A stretch of DNA of 63,793 nucleotides, filler included, from Octopus bimaculoides (Eukaryota): the NCBI RefSeq assembly GCF_001194135.2. It is 7 parts of 6 records of this genome, joined end to end, with 100 filler letters (N's around TTAATTAATTAA, not from the genome) between each part and the next. Parts side by side here need not be neighbours in the genome. Positions count along the whole stretch, not along the records: positions 15,513 to 43,981 come from NC_069001.1; 6 more parts are not named here. The stretch is one strand, 5' to 3'. This document shows, in pieces, positions 24,354 to 38,923 of the stretch. The translations under genes were made by a program, and so were the position numbers. Below the pieces are notes generated by a model, which worked only from the letters and a program-made list of their open reading frames with translations, was not told the origin of the DNA and did no database searches. Position 1 is the stretch's first letter; every line of letters begins with the position of its first letter.

Positions 24354-24504
24354 GTAACAAGACTAAATACAGTTTCGCAGACATCCGCAGACATCCGTTC
24401 CGTCCTACCACTCTCCCCACCCCCACCACACCTTTCCCCCACTCCGTCATTTCAAGTAAATCGCCACTAACACGTCTTGTAATAAAAATACTGGTTTCGT
24501 AATA

Positions 24505-24600
24505 GCAATAACAACAACAACAACAACAACAACAATAATAATGACCATAATAATAATAATAGCAATAATAATGATAATAATAATAATAATAATAATAACG

Positions 24601-24643
<43 letters not shown>

Positions 24644-24722
24644 TGATCATAATAATAATAATAATAATAACAATAATAATAATAATGATAATAATAGTAA
24701 TAATAATAATAATATTAATAAT
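24505..24722. repeat. (AAC)n/(AAT)n microsatellite
   Basis: Direct reading. It explains the poly-Ile ORFs here. Confidence 0.95.
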
Positions 24723-25846
24723 ACTATGGCAAGAGAACTAATCGAATTCTTCAGAGACGTACAAAAACGGAACTTTTAGTTTAAATAGATTTAGCAGCAA
24801 ACTTCCAGCTTCCGTGTCCGTTCTTGGTCAGGTTAGCATATTGGTAGTGATAGAAGAGAAGAGAGCGGGGAAAAGAAAAAAAAAGGAAAAAAAAAAGGAA
24901 TATAAAAAGAATTAAGAAAAGAAAGAAAGAGAGACAGAGGGGGAAAAAAAGGAAATAATTTTCCAATTTTAATAAGAAAGAAAGAAAGGAGAAAGAAAGA
25001 GACAAAGAAGAAGAAAAAGAATCTCAATTGATGTTGATTGAAGAAGAAGAAGAAGAAAAAAATTGTCTGGCATTAATGGAAAGTCTGAGAGATAGATAGA
25101 GAGAGAGAGAGAGAGAGGGGGAGAGAGAGAGAGAGGGGGAGAGAGAAAGAGAGGGATAGATAGAGGGAGGGAGAACAGTCTTGGAATTTCACTGTCAAGA
25201 AATCTTTTATTTTTAATGAAACTGTTTCATGTATTTTGATGAAAGTTTAATATAGATAGCTTCTTGTTGTTGCTGTTGTTGTTGTTGGTTTAGCCCCGAG
25301 TCAAAATCATTTGCATAGACCTACGATGATAAAAAAAAAAAAAAAAAAAAAGATACGCATTCCAGATGTGATTATCCTGATTTTTGCATATCCAAAAGTG
25401 TTCCTACATTTGTTTTAACACCATCCATCCATCCATCCATTCACCCATCTTCTGGCCCCACTACTACCACCACCACCACCAGCTATTTCTGGGAGGGTTG
25501 TAGGGGTTATAGTCCTCCGGCCCCTCTTCCACAGACTCCAATCAGAAGCAACTGTCATTGTACATTCTGGTCGGATTTCCAAGCATGACCAACTGAAACA
25601 ATGGATGTTATCCAACCAACCCCGTATTTAGCCTGACCTAGGGTTTCCTGCCAGATTGAGCTGGGTGGGGTGCTAGATTCCCTTGTTTGAAAATATAAGG
25701 ACACAGATCGTGTCGTATAGCCAGCTGGAGACGATGTGTCCTGGGGCTAAATTACAGCAACATTCGTCCTAAACCAGGACTGCCATGTTATGTTGGCAAA
25801 CAATCTGAACTTTTATTATATTCATTATATATATATTGTTTCTGGT

Positions 25847-26221
25847 GTGGAGGCGCAATGGCCTAGTGGTTAGGGCAGCGGACTCGCAGTCATAGGATCG
25901 TGGTTTCGATTCCTAGACCGGGCGAAAACACCTAAAGCTCCACAAGCTCCGGCAGGGGATGGTGGCGAACCCTGCTGTACTCTTTCACCACAACTTTCTC
26001 TCACTCTTACTTCCTGTTTCTGTTGTGCCTGTAATTCAAAGGGTCAGCCTTGTCACACTCTGTCGCACGCTGAATATCTCCGAGAACTACGTTAAGGGTA
26101 CACGTGTCTGTGGAGTGCTCAGCCACTTGCACGTTAATTTCACGAGCAGGCTGTTCCGTTGATCAGATCAACTGGAACCCTCGACGTCGTAAGCGACGGA
26201 GTGCCAACAACAACAACAACA
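25847..26221 (+). mobile_element. SINE family R (tRNA-Arg-like head, (CAA)n tail) with a 14-bp TSD
   Basis: A box TGGCCTAGTGG, B box GGTTTCGATTCC. TSD ATATTGTTTCTGGT at 25833-25846 and 26222-26235. Lacks the ~20-bp segment TTGTGAGTGTTTATTGAGCG found in the other copies. Confidence 0.92.
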
Positions 26222-27486
26222 ATATTGTTTCTGGTATAAATTAATATTACTAAGAAATATTACCGGTCCCTGGCACATTGGGGAGCAAAAATGCTGCCGG
26301 TGCCCCACATCAGATACTTTGAGTACTACTGGTCTAGATGACTTGTTGTCACAAATATCTGAAGTAAATATCGGGTTCTATAAGTGAAGGTGTGTGACTG
26401 TCAGATGAGGTAAGTTAGAGTGCTGTGGTCGCATCCCAGTGAAGCTTGTGTTCACTTCACTTCGGCGTCATGATTCGACAATGGTGAGGAATAGTATGAA
26501 GAAGTCATGTTGTCTGGGGAGCGGGGAAAAAAAAAGATGGGGAAAAGGAAAGAAGAGGAACAGAAGAGACAGGAGGGAGGGAAAGGGGGGGGGGCGATAA
26601 AGAAAAAGAGCGGTGGAAAGGGAGAAAAAGAGAGGTGGAAAGGGAGAAAAAGAGAGGTGGAAAGGGAGAAACAGAAAGAGGGAGAGAGAAAGAGGAGGAA
26701 AGGAANNNNNNNNNNNNNNNNNNNNNNNNNNNNNNNNNNNNNNNNNNNNNNNNNNNNNNNNNNNNNNNNNNNNNNNNNNNNNNNNNNNNNNNNNNNNNNN
26801 NNNNNNNNNNNNNNNNNNNNNNAAGAAAGAGCATTGAAGAATGGAAATGAAAAAGAGGCAAGGAGAAGAAGAGAGAAGAGCAAAGAGGATTGAAGAAAAA
26901 GAAAGTAAGAAACAAAGGGAGGAGAGAGAAAAGGAAGGAAAGAAGCAAGGAAGAATGAGAAAGGAAGGAGGGGGGGTGAAGAGATGGCGAAGGGACGATG
27001 GGGGTTGGAGACAATGGCAATAGAAGTTTGAGGATGACGGAGACAGGGACGATGACGTTTAGGGTCACGATGACGGTGGTTGTGGTGGTGGTGGTGGTGG
27101 TGTGTAAAATTGATGGAAAAGTTAATGAAGCCAATGATTGTATTATAAATGGTGGTGGTGGTTGTCATGGTAATAGTAACTTTCATTGAAGATAATTGTG
27201 ATGATGACAATGGTGATGAAGGTAATGATGATGAAGGTGGTGGTGGTGGTGGTGGAGATGATGCTGATGATGATGATGATGATTGTAAAAACTGTGTGGA
27301 TGGGGAAGAGAAAAGAAAGAGAAAAAATAATTAATACCCTATAGGCATTAACGAGTGTGTTAATAGCTAGTTTATATACATACATATATATATATATCTT
27401 TATACACATACACACACACATATATATAAATACATACATATACATATATATATACATATATCATATATATATGTATATATATATAT

Positions 27487-27534
<48 letters not shown>

Positions 27535-27673
27535 TACATATATATATGTACATACATATATATACATATATACATATATTTACACAAATATATATATATA
27601 TACATACAAATATACATACATACATATACATACATATATATATACAGACACACACATATATATNNNNNNNNNN

Positions 27674-27716
<43 letters not shown>

Positions 27717-29296
27717 TATATATTTACATAAGCATACACATACATGTACACATGTATACATTGATGGATAGAGGGATATGTATGTAAGCATTTATGGCAG
27801 TTAGGACGAGAATGGTCAGATATTATAGTCCTGACTACAATACAAGACGAATGAAACAGAAGGGGAGGTCATTAAGAGACAGTATTATTATGACTAATTA
27901 ATTAATAATAGATTCGGGTCAAAAGAAATACACACACACACACATCCAGGTACACACAAAATGGAAAGACGACACACAAGCACATAGACATATACACACA
28001 TGCATACACAGTCTCACACAAACACACACAGGTATATGCATAATCAGACATATATACATACACATAGACATACTCACACACACATACACAATTAATATAC
28101 AAACATATACAGTCACACACACACACACTCAGAAATATATACATACATACAGACACACACACATTTATATACATACACACACTCAAAGACATGCACACAC
28201 ATATACATACACAGAGACATGTACATATATACCTAGACACATACACACACAAATATACCTACAGAGGTGCACACACACACACACATATACAAAGAAATAC
28301 AGACACAGAAATATACATATACCACCAAACACACACACACACACGGCCACACACACACACACATACACACACACACACAGATATAAAGGTAAATGGACGA
28401 CCATTTACTTTGACAAGTATTTCAATTATTCTATCAACTAAATTACCTGGTCAATGCATTACAGTGGCCGAGTATACCACAGACACATATATTCTTTTCT
28501 GTAATCATACCACCACCACCACCACCACCACCACCATCATTACCATAATCATCATCATCATCATTTCACATCCGCTTCCCATGCTGGCAAGGGTTGGTCA
28601 GACAGGTTGCCATGGTTTCACTCACTTCCTGTTATAGGTGGGGTCCCGCTGCTCTCATGGAATGGTGTCTGTCTATACCTTTCGCTTCTTACTTGTTTCA
28701 GTCATTGGACTGCGGCCATGCTGGGGCAGCATCTTGAAGGGTTTTAAGTTGAACAAGTTGACCCCAGGGCTTTTCTTTTCTTTTCTTTATAGTTTGAAAG
28801 TCTGATATTTATTCCATCAGTCTCTTTCGCTGAACTGCTAGGTTAAGAGGATGTAATGTAAACAAACCAACACGGGTAGTCACGCAATGAGAGGCAGACA
28901 CAAAGATGTGTGTGTGCGTATGGGTGTGTGTGTGCATGTGTATGCTTGTGTATATGCTGGTGTGTATGAGAGAGAGAGAGGGAGAGAAAGAGAGAAATTA
29001 TGATAAGCAACTTTATATGTGGAAAATGGAAATTAAGTGATGATGATGATTATGACGACGATGATGATGATATATAGACACAGTATACAATCAACACAGA
29101 TGGTAATATAAGTCAATAATACACACACACACTTATATAAAGAGGAAGTGACGGAAACTGACAGACAGACACACACACACATGCATAAACTGCAAGAGAT
29201 AGAGTGGCTGATACACACACACACACTTATGTTCAGAGAAAATGAGAGAGAGAGAGAGAGGGGCAGACAAAATAACAGGCAGAGAGAAAGGTTGTG

Positions 29297-29337
<41 letters not shown>

Positions 29338-29404
29338 CACACAAACACATGCATAAAGTGAGATAGAGTTGCTGATAGACACACACACTCACATAGACAC
29401 TTAT

Positions 29405-29477
<73 letters not shown>

Positions 29478-30030
29478 GTGAGAGAGATAGAGAGAGGAAG
29501 AGAGAGAGAGGGAGAGAGAGCGAGAGGAAGAGAGAGAGAGAGAGAGGAAGAGAGAGAGAGACAGACAAAATGACAGACAGAGAAAGGTTGCAAATGACAC
29601 ACACACACACACACACAAAGAAAGAGAAAGATATGCAGAGAGATGCATGCACACACACACACACACACACACACACGTATACAGACAGACAATATAATCA
29701 ATAGAGACGAATTAAAACTAATTAATCAATTAAGTAAACAAAAGAGAACGTTGCTAATATAACATCTTATGTTTGAATTTCATTGGATCGTTCAATATGC
29801 TTCACAGTAATCTACCTTATCTTTGACAGAAAACCATCAAAAGATACCCTGAAAGTAACGTGCCACTTAATTACACTTCATTAACATAACATTTGATAAT
29901 GAATAGTTATTGTGATAGGCAGTCAGTAAAATTACTCAATTATTTTCGTTATCATTATGAAAAAAAAGTCGTTATTATCATTATTATAGTTATCAGAGTC
30001 GTTGCTGCTGCTGTTGTTAGTAGACACATT

Positions 30031-30250
30031 AAGGCGGCAAGTTGGCAGAATCGTTAGCAGACTGGGCGAAATGCTAAGCAGCATTTCGCTCGTTGCTACG
30101 TTCTGAGTTCAAATTCCACTCAGGTCAACTTCGCCTTTCATCCTTTCAGGCATGATAAATTAAGTACCAGTGAAAAACTGGAGTCGATGTACTCAACTTG
30201 TGCCCTCTCCCAAAATTTCAGGCCTTGTGCCTATAATAGAAAGGATTATT
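30031..30250 (+). mobile_element. SINE family A, full length
   Basis: AAGGCGGCAAGTTGGCAGAATCG head and (ATT)n tail. Confidence 0.9.
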
Positions 30251-30271
30251 ATTATTATTATTATTATTATT

Positions 30272-30720
30272 GAGTGAGTGAGAGAGTAGTGCCTGCCATC
30301 AAAGTGACACTAGGATACAAATATATGAAGCCCAGTATACCCATCATGACTACCCGTCTGATAAGGGTACACCAGGCACATGCATCACAACCATATGTGT
30401 GCAACATGGTGATCTCATATCAAGATAAAGCGCATAACCTTTCTTCAGGTCAAGTAGCCCATCCCAATCTAAAGGTCCTTGAATAAGGGTTGTTTAAGGA
30501 TGTTGAGCAAAACACCCATGTTTCCAGAGGTGAATTATTCAAACCCCAAAGAATTTCTCTCAACACATGGCTATGATGCTCCCCAACTACTTCTGCTCAT
30601 GATCAGAGATGCACATATCGTCCACCACCAAGGGACATGCTCAACTGGTTAAGGTCAAACAACTGACAAGCAAATCTGTGGTATTGAGCAGAATATTTGC
30701 TGTAGCCCATCTTTTATACT
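30272..30720. repeat. Unclassified dispersed repeat inserted in an (ATT)n tail
   Basis: Its start GAGTGAGAGAGTAGTG...CCATCAAAGTGACACT recurs at ~60452-60537, also directly after (ATT)n. Confidence 0.6.
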
Positions 30721-30987
30721 ATTATTATTATTATTACTATTATCATCATTATCATTATCATTAAGGCGGTGAGCTGGAATAATTGTTAGCACGCCGGGTG
30801 AAATGCACATTTATGTAACCGTTTCCTACCATTTAAAAGTAAAGTAAAGATGAGGTGTCAAAAGCCCAATCATGCAAATTAGGCTATCCACTAATGTGCT
30901 AGCTTAATTGCTGACTGCTTTATGTAACAAACGGTCTATGCCACTGACTGGAGAATAAAGCCAAGTGTGTTGCTTCTGAGGTGTAGT

Positions 30988-31068
<81 letters not shown>

Positions 31069-31130
31069 TAACAGGATGAGATAAAAAATCCAAGGCTATG
31101 AAAGATTTCAGAACATTTATAAAGAGAAGG

Positions 31131-31176
31131 TCTTACAGCTGTTTCCGCGATATTTTATATATCCTTTCATCAGAGA
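31131..31176 (-). ncRNA. Second minimal hammerhead motif (different family), stem II partly decayed
   Basis: The minus strand reads TCT CTGATGA AAG GATAT ATAAA ATATC GCG GAA ACAGCTGT A AGA. Stem III is the palindrome ACAGCTGT, the cleavage triplet is GUA, and stem I is TCT/AGA. Confidence 0.6.
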
Positions 31177-31254
31177 TGGTGTGAGAAAATGGTTGAGCAG
31201 TAGTTATTATAGAGAAGATATGAAATACAGAGTGAAGTGGCGGAAGGACGCACA

Positions 31255-31495
31255 TCATCATCATCATCATCATCATCATTTAACAACTGTTTTTCATGCT
31301 GGCATGAGTTGGATAGTTTGACAGGAGTTGGTAAGTCAGAGGACAATACCTAACTCCATTGATTACTTTGGCATAATTTTTACAACTGGATACCCTTCCT
31401 AACACCACCCATATTACAGTGTTGACTAGGTGCTTTTTGTGTGGCACCAGCACCAGTGAGGCCTGCATATGCATCTATATGTGTGTGTGTCTGTG

Positions 31496-31530
<35 letters not shown>

Positions 31531-31720
31531 CTGTTTTGGCACAGTTTTTATGGTTGGATGCCCTTCCTAACACCAACCACTCTGTAGACTGGACTGAGTG
31601 CTTTTTACATGGCACAAGCAGAGGCAAGGTCAGTTTTGGCATGGTTTTTACAGCTGGATGCCCTTCCAAATGCCAACCACTTCTCAATGTGGACTGGATG
31701 CTTTTTATGTGGCATATGTA
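31255..31720 (-). mobile_element. Family C retroposon 3' end with internal repeats
   Basis: Reverse complement of the 6426-6752 family. Three CTGGATGCCCTTCC-like modules. Confidence 0.7.
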
Positions 31721-32729
31721 TATATATATATATATATATACCTCATGATGTAAGAATTGTAAGATACATACAACTATACATGGTTCAAACATTATCTGAT
31801 GTAGAACTCAATACCTGGAATAGAATGAAAATATACGAATCAACAAAATTATCAGCATCATCATCTTAACATCTGCTTTTCAATGCTTACATGGGTCAGA
31901 TGAGTTGACATCAAGGTAGAGCTACGTAGGTACATCAAGGTAGAGCTGCATTTCGTGACGTGACACCTCACTCGTTTTCAGGTAAAAGTAACGATTTACA
32001 AGTATGTTGCGCAACAAAGAGTCTGGACATGTTTTCATAGAGAACTGCAAACAAACGAATGCTGATGGATTTGTTCTTCTTTTTTTTATTGTTACAACGT
32101 ACAACACGTCAAAACATGCCAAACAGTTTGGACACATTTTCAAGGAGGAATGTAAACAAATGGGGCTGTTTGTATGAAAATTAAGTATTGTTTGCATTCA
32201 GTGGGCACGCATGTCAAAACAAGGGAAAATACAAACACACACACACACACACACAATCATCATCATCATGACATCCACTTTTCTATGTTTGCATTGATCA
32301 GATGGAGTATATATCTACGGCTGGATGCTCTAACTGCCACCAACCTTCAGCTGTTTCGAGGTAAGGCGGTATTTTCCCCCTAGCCAGACATGTTCTTACA
32401 GAATGCTGGAAATGGCTTGTATGATGGTGACACTCATTTGCAACTGTCCATGCAACGACAAAACAAGGACACACACACACGCACACACACACACACACAC
32501 ACGCACACACACACACGCACACACACACACACACTCGCCGCTGCCATCACCACCACCACCACCACTATCATCGTTTTAATGTTTACTTTTCTATGCCGAC
32601 ATGGGTCTGTTGGGAGTTTATTAAGACAGACTTTTTTTACAGCTAGATGCCTTCCCAGTCACCAACCCTCACCTGTTTCCATACAAAGGTAACATCTCCC
32701 CAATGGCCACACACACATATATACATATA

Positions 32730-32761
<32 letters not shown>

Positions 32762-33338
32762 GATAGATAGATATATGCACATATGTGCATACATACATGT
32801 ATACATAGAAACATACATATACATATGCACACACACACGTATCATCTAAAATATCCAACAAGCAGAAAGAGATAACCTCAGGCAATCTGCTGTACATATT
32901 GGATTATCCCTAGAAATTCTACTGTGTAATTTCAACAGTCCTTCTTAACAAGGAAATATTATCATCTCTGCATTTCTTACAAAGATGATGCTGGTGTAGT
33001 AGTGGTGGTGGTGATGATGATGATGATGATGATGGTGACGATGATGATGATGATGATGATAACAATGTTGATGATGATGATGACAACAGTGCTGAAGCAG
33101 AACAGTTTCAGCAGGTCTAAGCTATAGACAGAAGAAATGTAGCGTGAGACAACTTCATGTTTTTCCACTCTCACCAGACCTCGTTCTATCCCCCCCTCTC
33201 TCCCTTTCTCTCTGCCCCACCCTCTCTCTCTCTCCCTGTCTATCTATGTATCTATCTATCTACTTCACTTGTGCACTTCTGTTAACGTACAGTAATGAGG
33301 CCGATAAAAGAGAAGTAACATGTAATGTCAAGTAGTGT

Positions 33339-33369
<31 letters not shown>

Positions 33370-34386
33370 GTGTATGCGCGTGTATACACATGCATGTGTG
33401 TGTGTTTGTATGTGTACGTGTATTTGCGTGTGCGCCCATATGTGTGTGTGGGTTTGCATGTGTGCATATGTTTACATGTGAGCACGTGTCTTTGTGTGCA
33501 TGTGTATTTTGCAAGTGTGTCTACATATGTGCATGTCTGCACACGTGACTCTATACGTGCATTTACGTGTGTTTACATGTGTGTGTGTGTGTATGCATTT
33601 GAATGTGCGTGCATGTGTGTGTTTGCATGTTTTCTCCTGTCAGTGTGCATGTATTTACAAGTGAGTCTGTACATGCGGGTACATGTGTATGTATCTTTGC
33701 ATGTGTGCGTGTCCGAGTGTATTTGTATATTTACATGTCCCTGCATGTATATCTAAATGCATGCATGTATAATCATGCACGTTTATGTGGTTGCATGTAT
33801 ATGATTGTCTATCTGTGTATGCGTGTGTACGTATGTGTGTGTAACACACACAAGTGTGCATGTGCGTGAGTGTTTACATGCGTCTGCTGCGAAACAATTA
33901 CACAGGACTTTGTTGAGGCCCCGCGATCGGAACGAATTCACTGAGTGTAAAGATGTCTGGTTGAGCTTCCGTGATTAGATAAACTCGACGAATGCATTTT
34001 TCTAGTCATTAAGCTGTGGTCAAGCTGGAGCACTTGTTCAGGAGATGTAAACAAAGTTCAAGAGAGACAATTTTTATAACAAGTGAATTTTGATTCTTTT
34101 GTTGGTATTTGGCTATCTATCAAAGCCCATCAAATATATATATATATATANNNNNNNNNNNNNNNNNNNNNNNNNNNNNNNNNNNNNNNNNNNNNNNNNN
34201 NNNNNNNNNNNNNNNNNNNNNNNNNNNNNNNNNNNNNNNNNNNNNNNNNNNNNNNNNNNNNNNNNNNNNNNNNNNNNNNNNNNNNNNNNNNNNNNNNNNN
34301 NNNNNNNNNNNNNNNNNNNNNNNNNNNNNNNNNNNNNNNNNNNNNNNNNNNNNNNNNNNNNNNNNNNNAAAAGAAATCTCCAACAG

Positions 34387-34423
<37 letters not shown>

Positions 34424-35644
34424 AAAATCAAAAGGGTAGAACATTTAGAAAAACTTCATACCAGTGGCTAGCATGCATAATAAAAGCCAACAGACTACAT
34501 ATTTTCGCATATAAAAAGTGTATAGTATTTATACACAAAAGAGGCGACCCTTTACAGGATGCCTTACATGCTAGAGAGAGCAGCCCCTTCTGTATATATC
34601 ATCATCGTCATTGTCGTCTAACGTCCACAAACCAAAACAGACAACTAGTACCTGGTGCAGCCTTCTGGCTTGTCAGGTCCTGTCAAGCCATCCAATCCAT
34701 GCCAGCATGGAAAAACAGACATTGGATGATGATGATGATGATGATAATGGTGAGGATGATGATGATGATGATGATGATGATAATGATGATGATAACGAAT
34801 GAGCTTCCGATGTAGTTTCTGCTCACCAAATTCATTCACAAAGTTTTGGCCAGCACGGTTCGTTAGTGGAAGGAACATTTGCCCAAAGTGCTGTTCAGTG
34901 AGACTGAACCTGAAATCCTGTGGTTGCAAAGCTAATCCCTTTAAACCACACAGCCACGCCCGTCTAATTTCAGTCAGACATTTTCTTTTTTTTTTGTGGT
35001 ACATTCATATACAACAGCGACAACTAAACTCTGTCTGCCAAGCAGAGAGCAGCATTGGGTCATGTCTCTCACCGGTTTTCTTACACAAGAGGAGAAAGAA
35101 GAGAAAAAAAGAGAGTGAGAAAAAGAGGAGAGAGGGTGAGAGAGAGATAGGCTGAAAGAGAGAGGGTGTTGTGTAAGAGAGAGCCAATGAGGATGCGTCT
35201 ATATGGTCGCTTGACCTGCTAGTATCAGGGTTATGGAGTCTGTAAACAAAACCTTCAACTCTGACTCACCGTTTCATGGCACCACCAACTTTGACATCTC
35301 TATTTATAAAATGGACTAATCACATATTTCTCAAATGAATTAAAAGCACACAACATACACAGCAAATATGAATCATCAGTTTTTTCTTTCTAATGTGTAA
35401 AATGGTTGGGTTTAATAGCAATAGCAAAGCTATTCAGCTTTAGTTTCTTTTTTTATATTATTTATTAACCCTTTGACTGGGAAATTAATTTTCATGGTTG
35501 TTCCAATAACGATGTTAAATATCTCGTAAAAATCAAAAAAAAAAAATATAGAATTAGTATTTTTCTGAAAGTCACGTTGGCTCAATAAACTTGACATGCC
35601 ACAAGAGAATCAGTTTTAAGCATGACATTTCCTCGGCAAAAGAT

Positions 35645-36238
35645 ATATTCTTTCGTACTCTAGGCACAAGGCCTGAAATTTTGGGGGAGGAGGAGGAGGC
35701 CAGTCGATTAGATCGACCCCACCACGCAACTGGTATTTAATTTATTGACCCTGAAAGGATGAAAGGCAAAGTTGACCTCAGTGGAATTTGAACTCAGAAT
35801 GTGTAGTGACAGGTGAAATACTACTAGGCATTTTGTCCAGTGTGCTAATGTTCCGGCCAGCTCGCTGCCTTAACAATAATAATAATCTTTTCTACTCTAG
35901 GCACAAGGCCCGAGATTTTTGGGGAGTTGGGGGCAATCAAGTAAATTTACCACAGTACACAACTGGTACTTAATTTATCGAGCCAGAAAGGATAAAAGTC
36001 GACCTTGGTGGAATTTGAACTCAAAACGTAAAGACAAGGGTCTTTTAGGGGTCGATGAATTAAGTACCAGTGAAACGTTGGGGTTGATGTAATTGATTAG
36101 TCCCCTCCCCCAGGACTTTGCTTTCATCCTTTCGGGGTCAATAAATTAAGTACCAGTAATGTACTGGGGTCAATCTAATCGAATAGCCCCCACCTCTCCC
36201 AATATTTCGGGACTTGTGCCTAGAGTAGAAAAGATTAT
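35645..36238. mobile_element. Cluster of SINE family A copies (two minus, then plus)
   Basis: Minus copies at ~35645-35870 and ~35885-36037, plus copies at ~36038-36238. Confidence 0.85.
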
Positions 36239-36581
36239 TATTATTATATTTTTTTTTATTTATTAGTTTCAGCTGGAGAGCAGGGGCCATAAAAATCACC
36301 CAGAACAATCTGTAAAGCAGTTGTTGTCAGGAAGGGCACTCAGCCATAGAAACCATGCCAAAGCAGACCTCTAACTCACCAGCCCCTGTGAAACACTCTA
36401 ACCCATGCCAGCATGGAAAGCAGATGTTAAATGATGATTATCATTATACTACTACTATTGCTGCTGCTACTGCTTCTACTACTACCACTACTGCTGTTAC
36501 TACAATTATTGGCATTCTTTATTTTAGTTCCTTCCCATGGCCTCCACTTACCATCTTCCTAATGAAGGAAGAGATAGAGAA

Positions 36582-36615
<34 letters not shown>

Positions 36616-37214
36616 AGAGAGGGGGGGTTAAAGTAAGAAGCTATGACAAACAGGATTTCGTTAAACAACAAGGAGCTGGTTTCCAGTTATCTTTATTGAT
36701 CATTAATGCGTGCAACTACGCAGACATAAATAGACACACAGACACACATATAAATATGCGCGAGTGCACACACACACACACACACACTCACACAAATATG
36801 TACGCACCCATACACACACATAAATACACACACACACATACCTGTGCACACGCAATAAATATTTGCATGCACTTAAACATTTGTACACGTATACATACAT
36901 ACATACATACATATTCAGGCATATATAGACACACATCTAGATGCATGCATTATGAGATGCATACTTTCAGACAGCTGCAGTCGCATATAAACGCACAAAC
37001 ATGCACACATTTTTACATACACATACATACATACATGAATACACACATTTAATATTTGCACTAAACAAGACAAACACACATGCACATATCCATGTATACA
37101 CGTCTCACACATCTAGAAACAGATACATAACTGCACGCATAAACATGCACTCAGACATATTCACACATGCAGACATGCATCATTAAAGGTCCACGTATAC
37201 ACATGCAGTCACAT

Positions 37215-37631
37215 ATTCTTTCATTCGTTTCAGTCATTTGACTGTGGCCATGCTGGTGCACTGCCTTTCGTCGAACTAATTGACCCCCAAGACTTACTCT
37301 TTGTAAGCCTAGTACTTATTCTATCAGTCTCTTTTGCCGAACAGCTAAGTTACAGGGACGTAAACACACCAATGTCGGCCGTCAAGTGATGGTGTGGGTA
37401 CTAACACAGACACAAAGACACACACACACAGATATATAGATACACACACACACATACACACATATGACAAGCTTCTTTCAGTTTCCATCGACCAAATACA
37501 CTCACAAGGCTCTGGTCGACCCAAGGCTATAGTAGAAGACATTTGTCCAAGGTGCCATGCAGTGGAACTGAACCTGGAACCATGTGGTTGAGAAGCAAGC
37601 TTCTTACCACACAGCCACGCCTGCGCCTATG
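37215..37631 (-). mobile_element. SINE family B, full length
   Basis: Colinear with the other family B copies. Confidence 0.9.
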
Positions 37632-38777
37632 NNNNNNNNNNNNNNNNNNNNNNNCGACCCAAGGCTATAGTAGAAGACATTTGTCCAAGGTGCCATGCAG
37701 TGGAACTGAACCTGGAACCATGTGGTTGAGAAGCAAGCTTCTTACCACACAGCCACGCCTGCGCCTATGTATTAAAAAAAAACAACAAAAATACATAAAC
37801 ACACACACAGCTACACACTTAAACACTGATACACAACAAGACACATGCACATACCTGCAGATGCATGTTCAAGCACATTTAGATGCATACATAGATGCAC
37901 ATAACACACATTTAGACATGTATACATCTAGATATACATGCATTTAGATATATACACATTTAGATATATATATACACATATTTGCTTATATATAGATGCA
38001 TCTAGATGCACACATAGATATATACACACATAGGTATACATGCATTTAAAATGCATGTGCAGTTAGATATGATAGCATTAAGATATACATGCAGTTAGAT
38101 ATACACACATTTAGATATGCATGTATTTAAATATACATGCAATTTATATGTGCATTTTAGATATACACGCATATTTAGGTATATATGGGAATCAGATATA
38201 CAAGCATTAAGATATACACACATGTTTAGATATATAGGCATTCAGATTTATGTACGTTTAGGTATATATGCATTTAGGTATACACACACATATTTAGATA
38301 CACACTCACAAGTCTAGATACACGCATTTGCTTACCGATACATGCACAAACACAAACACATGCATGTAAACATAGATAGGCATGCAATTAGATATGCACG
38401 CATTTAGATATGCACTTACAAGTGTAGATACATGCAAACATGCAATGTTAAATGCATACATGTAGACACATACAGTTACATATATATGCACATACACAAA
38501 CACACACACACACACAAATGCATGCATGCAACCATATGCACATTGTTAATACAGTGCTATGCACCAAGAAACACAATTCAGATTCCACTAATAGTAATGT
38601 TTAGATTTCTTTAACGAGATACCTATTTCATGTGAAACAACCTCGAGGACAGCTATTTTTGGTACACTACTATTTTGGCAGCGATTCGTGTTTCACCCTT
38701 GTTCATGCGTACGTATACACCCGTAAATGCACAGAAATATATAGGTATGCATGTTCATACATGCACGAAAGTATTTC

Positions 38778-38808
<31 letters not shown>

Positions 38809-38923
38809 GCAAGCATGGAAAAGTTGATGTTTAAATGATGATGATGATGACGACGATGATGATGATATATTGACAGGTGGCACAAGAAGCAGTGCTGAAA
38901 TATACGGGTATACAATATTAAAT

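Noticed and set aside
25847-25930. tRNA-Arg-like sequence (also at 38924, 47200 and 57562)
   Set aside because: These are SINE heads followed by a body, a (CAA)n tail and TSDs. They are not tRNA genes.
26395-26420. Perfect donor GAG|GTAAGT
   Set aside because: No matching acceptor or open frame was identified. Isolated consensus sites are expected by chance.
37517-37769. Identical 115-bp direct repeat (37517-37631 and 37655-37769)
   Set aside because: The two copies are separated only by a short N gap. This is most likely an unmerged contig overlap.
15815-38915. Numerous YI/CV/HT/poly-Ile/poly-Met/SL ORFs
   Set aside because: They are translations of (TA)n, (CA)n, (TATG)n, (ATT)n, (GAT)n and (GA)n microsatellites.
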